A stretch of 64,000 nt of DNA from Glycera tridactyla. Its lineage: Eukaryota. Both the position numbers and the translations under genes were made by a program. The stretch lies in assembly GCA_965644265.1 (NCBI GenBank), contig OZ286459.1:75206001-75270000 (forward strand), read 5' to 3'. Of this stretch, positions 63,236-64,000 are shown piece by piece (the stretch's first letter is position 1; each line of letters starts with the position of its first letter). The notes below the pieces were generated by a model that did not search any database, was not told the origin of the DNA, and saw only the letters and a program-made list of their open reading frames with translations.

Positions 63236-63412
63236 CAGTGAAACCTGCGACGAGAGACCCCCTGATGAGAGACCACCTCCGTCGGGAGACGGCTTTTCCA
63301 GGGCAGCTTTTCTATTTGACATAGTCAAATATATCTCCGACGAGAGACCACCTCTTTTGAGAGACCGCTTTTTGGTGACATTTGGGGCGGTCTCTCGTCG
63401 CAGGTTTCACTG
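63236..63412. mobile_element. Family B MITE, young copy
   Basis: TA flanks; perfect 24-bp TIR cagtgaaacctgcgacgagagacc. Confidence 0.95.
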
Positions 63413-64000
63413 TAGCAACATACTGTTGATATCTAAATGGGACATATTCTCAGGTGAATCATTGGTCTAGTATGCAACAGCCTAATCAATTCATAATCAG
63501 CATAATGCATCTTTTACACAGTGGCAGCTAAAGTTTATTGCGGATTCTTTTAAAGGCAGTAGCAAAACTTCAAATGTCAGCTAACAAATCATTGAGAAAT
63601 GTAATCCAAGCACACTAGCTCACACTGATAAGGCCTGGTTTTTGTGCACTAATTGTCCATTCATAGCTGAATACAAAGTGTGTCAGAGACACAGAAACAT
63701 GCAATGACTGCTCGCAACTCCTCAAACTACGTAGCATGCTCACGTTTTTCACACCTATAATTTATAAGAGGCGTAAGTGGTGAAGACTTTTAGCTTTCTT
63801 GATTAGCTGTGGTACCTTTTATCATGCAACATCTCCATGAAGGGGCGTGGCGTGACACATTTGTCACTGGAGGATGTGACTTCCACAACATTATAGAGAT
63901 GATGGGAATTGCTAATTACCTTGCAAATATCGGCCAACCTAAGCTTGGTGTTGATGGACAAACTATTAGCAATTGGAAGACTAGCACTAGCCCGAAATAT

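Overview
This is eukaryotic, not prokaryotic, DNA: an AT-rich, CpG-depleted scaffold with four N gaps, most consistent with an invertebrate animal, and probably intronic or intergenic. I could not recognise any intact host gene; the supplied ORFs are mostly microsatellite, repeat or chance ORFs. The window is dominated by non-autonomous mobile DNA. There are roughly 25-30 pogo/Tigger-like MITEs (TA target duplication, CAGT..AACCTG termini) in several families, a Tc2-like MITE, and hAT-like MITEs with 8-, 6- and 5-bp target duplications. There are also tRNA-type SINE fragments, a 1.9-kb Helentron/HINE carrying a ~181-bp satellite array, and several mini- and microsatellites. The best signal is a 5'-truncated Penelope-like retroelement end at 18.46-18.79 kb (minus strand), which is absent from the ORF track. 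It has a GIY-YIG endonuclease C-terminus, then a minimal hammerhead ribozyme, then a putative 48-nt intron. A much older relative at 42.86-43.02 kb has a different but still fully paired hammerhead stem II. These belong to known element classes; any novelty would be at the family level. A few symmetric phase-1 exon-like segments on the minus strand may belong to an unrecognised host gene, but this is speculative.
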